A model generated the notes under the pieces. It did not search any database. It saw only the letters and a list, made by a program, of their open reading frames with translations, and was not told where the DNA came from. Both the position numbers and the translations under genes were made by a program. A DNA stretch of 64,000 nt from an uncultured delta proteobacterium (GTDB lineage: Bacteria > Myxococcota_A > Polyangia > Polyangiales > Polyangiaceae): NCBI GenBank assembly GCA_963850305.1, contig CAWKKR010000001.1:640001-704000 (forward strand). The letters run 5' to 3'. Shown here piece after piece: positions 39,422-48,784 of this stretch (its first letter is position 1; every line of letters begins with the position of its first letter).

Positions 39422-41848
39422 TCAGAAGGACGCCTCGACGCCGACGCTGGGGATGGTGATGGGCCCGACGGCTGCATGTTTGCACTGCGTGGTCGCCGGG
39501 CTCTGGGGGCTCGTCTGGTCCCCCACGCAGCTCAACCCGAATGGAGTCGTCTCCTTGCTGAGCGTCACGTTCTGGCCTTCGGCGATGAAGGCGATGTAGC
39601 CGTCTCGCCCGAGCGGCCAGCGCTTCTCGAGCCGGACATCGAGCCGGAAGAAGGGCGGATCGCGGTGGTCGTTGTAAGGGGCAACCGGTACGTTCCCGGC
39701 GAGATTCGAGTACGGAGTCCCCGAGAGGAACACGAAGCGTGCCCCGGCGCTCCATCGCCGGCCCAGGTCGTACGCGAGGATGGCGTTCAGAATGTGGGTG
39801 CGATCATAGTCGCTCGGCACCGTGGCGACGGCGTCTCCCCCCGTGGCCGTGACGAAATGTTCGTCGCGCGTCGATCGCGACAGCGTGTAGGACAGCCAGC
39901 CACTGAGGCGCTTCGAGAGAGGCCTCCGCAGGAGCACCTCGACCCCGTACGCGACGCCGTGGACGGGATCGTCGCTGGGACACGCGTACGGGGGCGGCGG
40001 GGGCGGGTTGTCGCCGTTCTGAGGCGGACTCGTTGGTGGCATGATCCGAATGCAATCGGTGGTGAGGTCGGTGAGGCCCGACCATTCCGACAGGAACCCG
40101 GTCGTCGTGAGCGTGAAGTCGGCGGGAAGCGTCACCTCCACACCCTCGCTGGCCTGCGCGGCCGTCTGCAACTGGGGACCCCCGAGCGCGAACCCGGGCA
40201 CCGACAAGAGCATGGCGGGGATCGCTCCGACTCGCAGGGCGGGGTACTGGTGCGACAGCCCGAGGCTCGAGAGCCAGGTGACGGAGGGCGTGAGGCCCAC
40301 GCGCACCGATAGCCTGGGATCGAACGCGGGGACCGTGGCGGTGGTGCCGGCGCGTGTCGACTCGAAGACGTCGGCGCGAACTCCCGGCACGATCTCCACG
40401 CGCGGAGCGACGCGCCAGACCATGTCGGCGTGCGCATCCCCGGTGAGGTTGGTCGGTGGAGGATCGGCGCTCGATGCAATCTGAGACTCCGGAAACCCGT
40501 CGGGATCCGTCGGCGCCTGTCCCTGCGCGAACCCGTAGCTTTCGAGCCGCACGTCGGCGCCGCCTCGTACCCGCACCGCGGGGGACGCCTCGGTGTCGAC
40601 CTCGAGCCGCGCGGCGATGGATCGATTGGTGATGGTGGTCACCGCGGTTCCGTCGCCTGCGCCTGCGCCGCCTTGCGAGTCATAGCCGCCGGTTACTGCG
40701 ACGCGCAGGTGGCCGTTGTCGAGCGCACGATCGTAGCGCAGGTCGATCCGGTGAAAGTCCGAGCCGAGCTGCTCGACGACGGGCCCCGTCTGGCCGTTCC
40801 TGGTTTCGGCAGTGCCGAGGTAATCGTGGCTCCCGAACGCGAACACGCCCAGAGTGTCTCGATCGCCCACGCGGAAGGTGCCGCGCGCCTGGTAGTCCCA
40901 GTAACCGAGCTTCACGCTCGACGTGATCGCGCCGAGGATCGGACCCGGGTACCCGTAACGGGCGGCGACGAGCACGCTCGCTCGACCGTCGTCGAGAGGA
41001 GACTCGAGCAGGGCCCCTGCATCGACGAGGCGCAAGTTTACTTCACCGTGCCTCGCTTCTGCTGGGCCGCGCGTCTGGCCGGCGATCACTGCCCCCGCGG
41101 ACCCTCCGTAAGCAGCAGGGGCAGCACCCGGGTAGAAGTCGACGTGATCGATCAATGCGGGATGGATGACTCCCTCGCCGATCCCCACATGGAAGAGCAA
41201 CGGCACGCGGATGCCGTCGACGAAGTATGCGTTGTCGTTCGGCGGAGCTCCGCGGATGTAAAAGAATGGCAAACCGCTCACGACTGGGGTCACGCCGGGC
41301 AACGCCTCTATGGCGCGGAACGGATCGCCAAAGGCGCCGGGCATCTCGCGGATGTCCGCGGCAACGAGGGTCGTCTTGCCGGCTTCCTGCCGCTCGCGCC
41401 GCTTGGAGTGGACGGTGACCTCGACGGGCGGCTCCGAAGTGGCCGCCGATTGCGCCGACGGCGTGGGGGCCATCGAGGTCTGCGCTGCTCCGGGCTCCGC
41501 GCCGGGCGGCGGAGGAGTGGGCTGACTCCGGAACTCCACGCGAGCGCGGATCCGTGCCGCGACCGCGGTGCTGCCCCGATGCGCCGGAGTGAACCGCCAC
41601 CCGAGCACCGTGCGGCGCGCCTCCCCGGCGAACGGCTCCGCGCCCTCGGTCACCACGGCACTCGTGACCTTGCCGTCCTTGTCGACGACCAGATCGAGAA
41701 GGACGCTCGCGTCGCCGTTGCCGCCCGGAGGGTAGGCCACGGCCGTGTTGCTCTTCACTACGGGTGGAGTCGTTACCGGCGGGCTCTGGGCCAGCGCGGG
41801 TGCCGTGGCCAGCAGAAATGCAATACCAATCGTCAAGCGAAGGAACAA
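39422..41848 (-). CDS. TonB-dependent receptor with N-terminal TonB_C domain
   Basis: 'VVDKDGKV..WRFTPA'; plug 'MPGAFGDPFRAIEALPGV'; C-terminal 'IPSVGVEASF'; paralog of 16867-19134. Confidence 0.9.
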   Translation of the reverse strand: MFLRLTIGIAFLLATAPALAQSPPVTTPPVVKSNTAVAYPPGGNGDASVLLDLVVDKDGKVTSAVVTEGAEPFAGEARRTVLGWRFTPAHRGSTAVAARIRARVEFRSQPTPPPPGAEPGAAQTSMAPTPSAQSAATSEPPVEVTVHSKRRERQEAGKTTLVAADIREMPGAFGDPFRAIEALPGVTPVVSGLPFFYIRGAPPNDNAYFVDGIRVPLLFHVGIGEGVIHPALIDHVDFYPGAAPAAYGGSAGAVIAGQTRGPAEARHGEVNLRLVDAGALLESPLDDGRASVLVAARYGYPGPILGAITSSVKLGYWDYQARGTFRVGDRDTLGVFAFGSHDYLGTAETRNGQTGPVVEQLGSDFHRIDLRYDRALDNGHLRVAVTGGYDSQGGAGAGDGTAVTTITNRSIAARLEVDTEASPAVRVRGGADVRLESYGFAQGQAPTDPDGFPESQIASSADPPPTNLTGDAHADMVWRVAPRVEIVPGVRADVFESTRAGTTATVPAFDPRLSVRVGLTPSVTWLSSLGLSHQYPALRVGAIPAMLLSVPGFALGGPQLQTAAQASEGVEVTLPADFTLTTTGFLSEWSGLTDLTTDCIRIMPPTSPPQNGDNPPPPPPYACPSDDPVHGVAYGVEVLLRRPLSKRLSGWLSYTLSRSTRDEHFVTATGGDAVATVPSDYDRTHILNAILAYDLGRRWSAGARFVFLSGTPYSNLAGNVPVAPYNDHRDPPFFRLDVRLEKRWPLGRDGYIAFIAEGQNVTLSKETTPFGLSCVGDQTSPQSPATTQCKHAAVGPITIPSVGVEASF

Positions 41849-41941
41849 AGGTCGCCTCGCACGTCTTCACGCGGGGGCGTGGTTTCCTTCACGATGACCC
41901 GAACCGGCGTGCCGCCAGGAAAGTCGCGCGCGAGGCCGCGT

Positions 41942-42904
41942 TCAGCCCGCTGTGGCCGTCCCGTGGCTATCGAGCCAGTGAAGACACTGACGGATGGTCC
42001 CCTTCGCCAGGGCAACAGTCGTGTCGGCGGCACCGTAGTAGAGGTTGATCGTGTCGCCGTCGGCGCCAATCGTGTAGCCGCAGGGGAACGCGACCTTGCC
42101 GACGTCGCCCTGCAGCTCGTAGCCCGCCTCCGGCCCGAAGACCCACTCGTCACCGCGCGTGATGCAGACATCCGGCCTCTCGAGGTCGAAGAGCGCGAGC
42201 CCGAGACGATAAAGGGCGCCCGCCGCCGTATTTCGCACGCCGTGGTAGATCATGAGCCAACCGCGCGGTGTCTCGATGAGTGGGGGTGATAGTCCGACCT
42301 TGTTGGCGTCCCACCACCCGCCTCGGCGCGCCTGGAGCATGAGCTTGTGCCCACCCCAGTTCCGCAAATCCGGCGAGAAAGAGATCCAGACGTCCGCTCC
42401 CGAGTGGGCGACGGGACGGTGAATCAGCGCGAAATTGCCGTCGATCCGGCGTGGAAGGAGTGCCGCGTCCTTGTCGTCCGGTTGCATGATGAGGCCGCAA
42501 CGCTCGAATTTCCGGAAGTCCTCCGTGAGCGCGAGGGCTACGCCTGGTCCTCCTCGGCTGAAGGCCGTGTACGCGACCGCGTACTTACCGAGCTCCTCGA
42601 CGAACGTGATCCTCGGATCCTCGATGCCCCAGAGCTCCTCCGGATATTTGTCGGGCTCGCCGCACAGCGTCGGCTCCTCGTCCACGATCCATCCGTCGAC
42701 GCCGTTCGGCGAACGCGCCGCGCACAGGTGTGAGTGCCCGCGGCGATCCTCGACGCGGCAGAGTAGCAACGTCGTGCCGTCGGCGAGCTTCGTGGCGCCC
42801 GCGTTGAAGACCGTGTGCGCCGGGTACGGCCAGTCCGCGGCGCTCAAAATTGGGTTCTTGTCGTACCGCTGGAACAGCGTTTCGTAACCGCGTCTTGGGA
42901 GCAT
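41942..42904 (-). CDS. Glycoside hydrolase family 130 (phosphorylase/glycosidase)
   Basis: 'NPIL..VFNAGA', 'GIEDPRIT', 'DKDAALLP..LIHRP', 'WLMIYHGV', 'YYGAAD'. Confidence 0.9.
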   Translation of the reverse strand: MLPRRGYETLFQRYDKNPILSAADWPYPAHTVFNAGATKLADGTTLLLCRVEDRRGHSHLCAARSPNGVDGWIVDEEPTLCGEPDKYPEELWGIEDPRITFVEELGKYAVAYTAFSRGGPGVALALTEDFRKFERCGLIMQPDDKDAALLPRRIDGNFALIHRPVAHSGADVWISFSPDLRNWGGHKLMLQARRGGWWDANKVGLSPPLIETPRGWLMIYHGVRNTAAGALYRLGLALFDLERPDVCITRGDEWVFGPEAGYELQGDVGKVAFPCGYTIGADGDTINLYYGAADTTVALAKGTIRQCLHWLDSHGTATAG

Positions 42905-42918
42905 GTTGTCGTGATTTC

Positions 42919-45231
42919 CTAATCCGCTCGAGGTGCAAGTCCGGCTGCAGGTCGACCGGGGACCCCGTGCTCGGTACCCGACTTCGATGCGGATCTTCCC
43001 GACGCGACGAAGTCCGTTACCCGATCAGCGGCGCGCATCTCAAAGAGCGCTAGCAGAAAGGCCAGGGTCGACTCTGCGCCCTGGTTCTCGTTGACGGTGG
43101 TCTCGTGGAGCCCATCGCGGCAGCCACCGGTCGTCGCGTCGTAGAGCGCCTGCTGGATCTGGTTCTGACCGAGGTACCAGCTGAAGGCGCGTCGCGCGTG
43201 TCTCGTCCAGCGTGCATCCATCGTCAAGCGGCCGGCCTCGAGGCACGCCGAAATCATCCCCGAGGCCTCGACGGGCTGCTGATCGAAGGCGGCCCTCGGC
43301 CCTCCTTTGACGTAGAACCCGTTCGAGCCGACGGGAGCAAAGTATCCTTCCCCGGAAATCTGAAGGGAAGCTAGCCACTCGAGGGACCTCAATCCGACCG
43401 CGACCATGTCTTCGCGATCCATGCGAGCTCCCGACACGAGGAGCGCATGCGACAGAACTGCGTTGCAGTACGTCAAGCGATCCTCGAACCACGGCCATTC
43501 GCGATCGCTCGCGCGGTGAAAGAGATCGAGCAACCGCTCCGCGAGCGTCTTCCGCACCGCCTGGACGCTGGTGTCGCCCTTGAACGCGCGGAGATATTCG
43601 TCGATGCCGATGAGGCTGAACGCCCAGGCTCGCGGGCTGGTGAAGGCGAGAACGGCTGGCAACGCTTCGTGAAAGAGATGGCCGGCGAGACTCTGTCGCC
43701 CAGGGTCCCCGGACCGCCCGACGACGGTTCCGAGCGCCCAGAGAGCGCGGCCGTGACTGTCTTCGGAACCGCACGCCTCGAGCCACTCGCGCGAGTACGA
43801 CATGAAATTCCGGAACCGTCCGATGGGCCCGTTCCAGGCGTGCTCGACGAACGCGAGATAGCGTGACTCGAGAGCACGAACGAGCTTCCGATCCTCGATC
43901 CCTCCGTCGTCGACCAGCGCCATGACCACGAGCGCGCGGGCGTTGTCGTCGAGGCAATAACCGTCGTCGTACCGGGGCACGTTGAACGCGGCGTGCTGCA
44001 AGAGCCCGGTGTGGTCCGTCATGAGCTGCAGGTGCTCGAGATTCGTTTCCGGGAGCTCGGCGGGGCGGCTCGCGAGCGTCTTTGCTTGAAATACCGTGCG
44101 CAGCCGCTCCGCGTGCTCGTTTCTGGCGCGCTCGAAGCTACGCACGTAGCTCCGAGCCACGGCGGGCCAGAACATGTCACGCCCGTAGGCTGCCGCGCGC
44201 TCGCACAATGCACGTCGCTTTGCGTCGTTTCCGAGCAGGTCGACGACCGCGCTTGCGATCGCTCCTGGGTCTCGCCACGGAACGAGAACGCCCCGATCGT
44301 CGGCGAGGAGCTCCCGCGCATACCAGTACGGCGTGGAGATGACGGCTTTGCCCGACCCGATGGCGTACGCAAGCGTCCCCGACGTGATCTGCTCGGCCTT
44401 GAGGTACGGCGTCACGTAGATGTCGGCGGCGGAAAGGAACTCGGTCAGCTCGGCTTGGCTCACGAAGCGGTTGTAGAAGATCATGCTCGCGTCCACTCCG
44501 AGCCGCTGCGCGCGGTTCTCGAGCATGAGTCGATAGGTCTCGCCGTGCCGTTCCTTCACGTGTGGATGCGTCGCGCCGAGGACGATGTAAATCGTGTTCG
44601 GAAACCGTTCGAGGATGTGCGGGAGGGCGTCGATGACGTGCTCGATGCCCTTGTCCGGCGACAGCAAGCCGAAGGTGAGAATGACCTGCTTGCCCTCGAC
44701 CCCGAGCCTGTCCTTGCTGAGAAGAGCGGACGGAAGTCGTGGGATCCCGTGCGGGATCAGGTCGATCTTCTCGCCGGGGACCCCATGCGTTTGCCGCAAT
44801 AGTTCGGCGCCGTGCTCGCTCATCACGACGATCCGCTCGGACAAATCGGTGAGCTCGTCCATCGCGGCACCCTGAGCGGCGTTCGGCTCGGCAAGGATCG
44901 TATGCAACGTCGTGACGATCGGCATGCGCAGCTCGCGAAGGAGCGCGAGGACGTGGCTCCCTCCCTTGCCGCCGAAGATCCCGTATTCGTGCTGTACGGA
45001 CAGGACGTCGACCGTGTTCACGTTCAGGAAATCCGCCGCTCGCCGGTAGGACCCGAGATCACTCTCCGCGATCTCGAAGCGAACCCGCGACGGATAGGCG
45101 TGGCGCCTCCCCGCATCGTTCATCGCGAGCACGAAGCAATCGATTCCCGGAACCTCCGAGCTGATCGCCTCGCTCAGATCCGTCGTGAAGGTGGCAATCC
45201 CGCACTGCCTCGGCGCGTGATTGCCGAGCAT
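42919..45231 (-). CDS. Glycosyltransferase family 4 fused to a C-terminal helical domain
   Basis: 'PRQCGIATFT', 'QHEYGIFGG', 'FGLLSPDKGIE', 'QITSGTL'; C-domain 'GYCLDDNARAL', 'FDQQP', 'NQGAESTL'. Confidence 0.9.
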   Translation of the reverse strand: MLGNHAPRQCGIATFTTDLSEAISSEVPGIDCFVLAMNDAGRRHAYPSRVRFEIAESDLGSYRRAADFLNVNTVDVLSVQHEYGIFGGKGGSHVLALLRELRMPIVTTLHTILAEPNAAQGAAMDELTDLSERIVVMSEHGAELLRQTHGVPGEKIDLIPHGIPRLPSALLSKDRLGVEGKQVILTFGLLSPDKGIEHVIDALPHILERFPNTIYIVLGATHPHVKERHGETYRLMLENRAQRLGVDASMIFYNRFVSQAELTEFLSAADIYVTPYLKAEQITSGTLAYAIGSGKAVISTPYWYARELLADDRGVLVPWRDPGAIASAVVDLLGNDAKRRALCERAAAYGRDMFWPAVARSYVRSFERARNEHAERLRTVFQAKTLASRPAELPETNLEHLQLMTDHTGLLQHAAFNVPRYDDGYCLDDNARALVVMALVDDGGIEDRKLVRALESRYLAFVEHAWNGPIGRFRNFMSYSREWLEACGSEDSHGRALWALGTVVGRSGDPGRQSLAGHLFHEALPAVLAFTSPRAWAFSLIGIDEYLRAFKGDTSVQAVRKTLAERLLDLFHRASDREWPWFEDRLTYCNAVLSHALLVSGARMDREDMVAVGLRSLEWLASLQISGEGYFAPVGSNGFYVKGGPRAAFDQQPVEASGMISACLEAGRLTMDARWTRHARRAFSWYLGQNQIQQALYDATTGGCRDGLHETTVNENQGAESTLAFLLALFEMRAADRVTDFVASGRSASKSGTEHGVPGRPAAGLAPRAD

Positions 45232-45309
45232 CGCGATCTTGCGGATCGCTCCACTTTCCGAGCGAATTGCTCCGGTCGTGTCGATTTGTTTTCCGAGCCG
45301 AGCGTGCCT

Positions 45310-45594
45310 TCAACAGAGTGCGCGCGCGGCCGGCACGCTCGACGACCGAATCACGGAGGCTGCACTATGCACTCTCGGAGACCGACGCGCAACGCGCGTC
45401 GTCCCCGCGGCTCGAGACCGGCCGGTGCGATGAAGAGATGCGGGGAGGGGGCCGCACGGCGGGGGCTGCGGCACGCGCGGCGCGATCGGCGCCGGCATCG
45501 GAACTTTCGGCGGCACTTCTGCGAGGCACAAGGCCGCGAACGCGGCGACTACACAGACCGACACGACAGGAGCGAGGAGCGCGAACTTTCGCAT
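45310..45594 (-). CDS. Short ORF with signal peptide and Pro-rich segment (possibly truncated gene)
   Basis: 'MRKFALLAPVVSVCVVAAFAALCLA' followed by a Pro-rich stretch. Confidence 0.35.
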   Translation of the reverse strand: MRKFALLAPVVSVCVVAAFAALCLAEVPPKVPMPAPIAPRVPQPPPCGPLPASLHRTGRSRAAGTTRVARRSPRVHSAASVIRSSSVPAARALC

Positions 45595-45743
45595 GATGGG
45601 ATGATAGACGCGTTTCCTCTCGACGACGAGCCGGCGAGTCCCGCAGCGTCCAGCTCGGCCTGGATGGCGAGCCTCACCAGCAGAGCCTCACACCACCCGT
45701 CGGCCCCATTCGCTCGGTGTCGCTTACGAAATGGAGGCGGGAC

Positions 45744-45950
45744 CTATCGCGACGCGTACCAGGTCCGCCAGAACGCGCACTCGGTCTTGCGGAAGTCCTG
45801 GATTATCTCGAACCCTGAATCGAACTGGAGTCTCTCGTCGTCATCGGTCGCCGTCGGCGCGAACGCGGGCCACACCGCGGGCGCATGCGAGTAGTTGGGG
45901 CTTCCGGTCTTCGCGAAGGTTGCCCAGTACGTGTTCATCGCGACACCGAC
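45744..45950 (-). pseudogene. C-terminal remnant of a type-B carboxylesterase
   Basis: 'MNTYWATFAKTGSPN..WPAF..RLQFD..FRKTECAFW'; catalytic N-terminal part absent. Confidence 0.7.
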
Positions 45951-46238
45951 TACGGCGCTGCCGCTCCCGGCATCGGGCGGCGGGAGATACGGGTCGACGC
46001 ATGTCGAGACTCCTGTGGGTCCCCTCCCATGGCGCGCGCAGCGCGACATCGGGGAGGGGCGGGGCTTCGAGCCCCGGGGGTGGGCAACATAACCGCTTCG
46101 CCCGGACGCTCTCGGTGCGAATCGTTTGCCGGCGAGCTCTTTTCTCGGATGAATTCGACGGTCGTTCGCCGGATCCGGCGCTACCCTCTCGCGAAATGAC
46201 CGACTCGATTTCGAGGGCTCTCCGGCGCTCCGCGCGCC

Positions 46239-46985
46239 TCACCCTCTGGAGCCGCGGGTCACGCGGTGATGCTCGAGCCCGGGCAGGATGACGCTCTCGA
46301 GCGCGTCGTCGAACGCGGCGCGCGCCATCGGTTCCGAGAGGAGCCCCATCGCGTGGAGCGCCTCGTCGGCGGGCCCGAGCGAAGCGAGCCAGACCTCGCG
46401 CGTCAGCGCAGCGAGCTCCGGGACGCGCTCTGCGATCATGCCGCGATCGCGCGCGGTCACGCCCTCCCACGCGAGGAGCGCCCAGCCGAGCCGCGCATGC
46501 CGGACCTCGTCTTTGACGTGCCGTTGGTTCATCGAGCGGACGCTCGGCAAGGTGATGGCGCCCTGGGAGGCGTCGAGGGCGTGCACTGCGACCGTCTCGC
46601 TGAAGCAGCCGCCGAACACGGTGCGGAGCAGCCGGTGATCGTGCTCGCTCGCGCCGTCGAAGGTGAGCGGCCGCGTGCCGCGGAGGCGCGCTCGCGGCTC
46701 GTCGTGTCCGAGGCGCACGGCCCAGCGCGCGCACCAGTCCGAGTGCACGTTCTCCTCCGCGACCGCGCTCGCCGCGAGGTCGAGGAGCGGAGCCGGCGCG
46801 CCCTCGACGCGAAGGTCCTCGAGCATGAACTCGAAACTCAGCGCCGTGGTGAGCTCGCCGTTCGCCCGCTCCTTCCAGTAGTCGCGCAGGCGAAGGCGCC
46901 GCGGCTCGGAGAGCCGCGAGACGGCGTCGTCGGTGTCGCGATCGCAGAACGCAGCCTCGATCGCGGCGTAATCGTCCGTCGCCAT
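46239..46985 (-). CDS. Ferritin-like diiron domain protein
   Basis: GELTT, EENVH, SETVA, DEVRHARLGW ligand pattern. Confidence 0.85.
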   Translation of the reverse strand: MATDDYAAIEAAFCDRDTDDAVSRLSEPRRLRLRDYWKERANGELTTALSFEFMLEDLRVEGAPAPLLDLAASAVAEENVHSDWCARWAVRLGHDEPRARLRGTRPLTFDGASEHDHRLLRTVFGGCFSETVAVHALDASQGAITLPSVRSMNQRHVKDEVRHARLGWALLAWEGVTARDRGMIAERVPELAALTREVWLASLGPADEALHAMGLLSEPMARAAFDDALESVILPGLEHHRVTRGSRG

Positions 46986-46991
46986 CGGCGC

Positions 46992-47555
46992 TCAGTGGAT
47001 GAGGGTGACCGCGCAGCCGCAGAGGCGCACCGACCCAGAGCACGACAGGACCCTCTGCGGCTCCAAGACCACGGCGCCGCACGCGTCGCAGGCGGTCCCG
47101 CCTTCCGGCGCGTCGGTGCACCGGCAATCCACGGCGAGGGACTTGCCCTGGTACTCGGCCGCGTCGCACTCGAGCCATTGACCGCGCGCGCAGTCGGCCG
47201 CAATGCGCGGAAGGGTGGGGTCCACGGGACAGGGCCCGTCGAGCTCGAAGCGCGACGCGGCGAAATCGCAGCCCGCCGGCATGCCGGCACAGTTCCACTG
47301 CGCGGACGCGGACGCGCCGGGTCCCGGCCCGGCGTCGATCGCCCCGCCGCTCGCCGCGGCGAAGAACCCTCCGCCGGAGCCCTGCGTCCCGCCCGCGCCT
47401 GCCGTGGAGCGCACGCCCCCGGCGCCGAGCGGAGCCGCGCCGCCCGATTCACCGTCGCCGATCCCGATCGTCCCGACGGTGGTGCCGCCGCACGCGGAGA
47501 GCGAGGCACCCGCGCCAAACACGACGAGCGTATGGAAGAAGCGGGACAGATGCAG
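46992..47555 (-). CDS. Gly/Cys-rich lipoprotein-like protein upstream of ferritin-like gene (start uncertain, 47522-47555)
   Basis: 'RFFHTLVVFGAGASLSAC' signal/lipobox; Gly-rich linker; Cys-rich C-terminal half; 6 bp from the ferritin-like start. Confidence 0.7.
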   Translation of the reverse strand: MHLSRFFHTLVVFGAGASLSACGGTTVGTIGIGDGESGGAAPLGAGGVRSTAGAGGTQGSGGGFFAAASGGAIDAGPGPGASASAQWNCAGMPAGCDFAASRFELDGPCPVDPTLPRIAADCARGQWLECDAAEYQGKSLAVDCRCTDAPEGGTACDACGAVVLEPQRVLSCSGSVRLCGCAVTLIH

Positions 47556-47964
47556 ACCCCTGGCGCCGAAAATAGTATCTTACGACTCCGCCGCGATCCC
47601 GCCAAGAGGGGGCGGCACTCTCGATCGGTGACCGTCGAGCGAGGCTCCGGTTGGCGATGCCGGGGTCGGTTCCGGGAGCGGGTTCGGGGCGGGATCCGGG
47701 CGAGCGGGAGCGGGACCGCCGGAGGCGGCTCCGCTCGAGCGGGCCGTGGTTCGCCGGTTGGTTTCCGTCTCGACGCGCACGACGGTGCGTCCCGCTCCCC
47801 ATCCCGAAACCGTCTCTTCTTCAAGCTCCGTTCCCGCGCCCGTCCCCGCAACCGGCCCGACTTCCAATCGAGGCTGAGCGGGGTTCCCAGGGGAACCGTA
47901 GGTCGGGTCTCGTCAGACGCGCGGGCGTCCACCAAACGATCCGGCGCGATCCCCCCGCATGGTG

Positions 47965-48662
47965 CTGACGGACGCCTCACACGTCGCGACGACCCGCCCC
48001 TCGGCCGCGAGGACACATCCGTCGGCCGCGATAACTGGATCACGCAGCGTGAGGACGCGTCCGTCCGCCGTGAGGACACCTCCGTCCGCCGTGATAAGTG
48101 GATCACGCGCCGTGAGGACACCTCCGTCGGCCGTGATTCCCGCTTCACACAGCGTGAGGACACCTCCGTCCGCCGTGAGAAGTGGATCACGCGCCGTTGA
48201 GGACACCTCCGTCCGCCGTGATACCCGCTTCACACAGCGTGAGGACACCTCCGTCCGCCGTGATACCCGCTTCACACAGCGTGAGGACACCTCCGTCCGC
48301 CGTGAGAAGTGGATCACGCGCCGTTGAGGACACCTCCGTCGGCCGTGATAAGTGGATCGCTCACCGTGAGGACGCCTCCGTCGGCCGTGAGGACGCGTTC
48401 TCACGGCAGTGATTCCCGCTTCACGCGCCGTGAGAACACCTCCGTCCGCCGTGATTCCCGCTTCACACAGCGTGAGGACACCTCCGTCCGCCGTGAGAAG
48501 TGGATCACGCGCCGTTGAGGACACCTCCGTCGGCCGTGATTCCCGCTTCACACAGCGTGAGGACACCTCCGTCGGCCGTGATTCCCGCTTCACACAGCGT
48601 GAGGACACCTCCGTCCGCCGTGATTCCCGCTTCACACAGCGTGAGGACACCTCCGTCGGGCG
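47965..48662. repeat. Tandem array of about 33 x 21-bp units of three types, mostly alternating A-B/A-C
   Basis: A=CGTGAGGACACCTCCGTCSGC, B=CGTGAKAAGTGGATCACGCGC, C=CGTGATWCCCGCTTCACACAG; four single-base insertions. Confidence 0.97.
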
Positions 48663-48784
48663 CATGGATCGATCACCAGCGGCTTCTGCCCCTTCCGTAC
48701 GAGCTCCGCGGCCGTCTCGGCTTCGACGGCAAACTCCCCGGCGCCACTGCACGCATCTTCGTCGACCACCCGGACCGTGCCGAC

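Noticed and set aside
40430..42289. Long antisense or alternate-frame ORFs (also 46266-48200, 51053-53164, 17182-18519)
   Set aside because: Shadow ORFs expected in high-GC DNA opposite well-supported genes; Arg/Ala-rich with no motifs
47965..48662. CRISPR array (constant unit alternating with variable units)
   Set aside because: The 'spacers' are only two recurring related types of 21 bp, and there is no cas gene or leader
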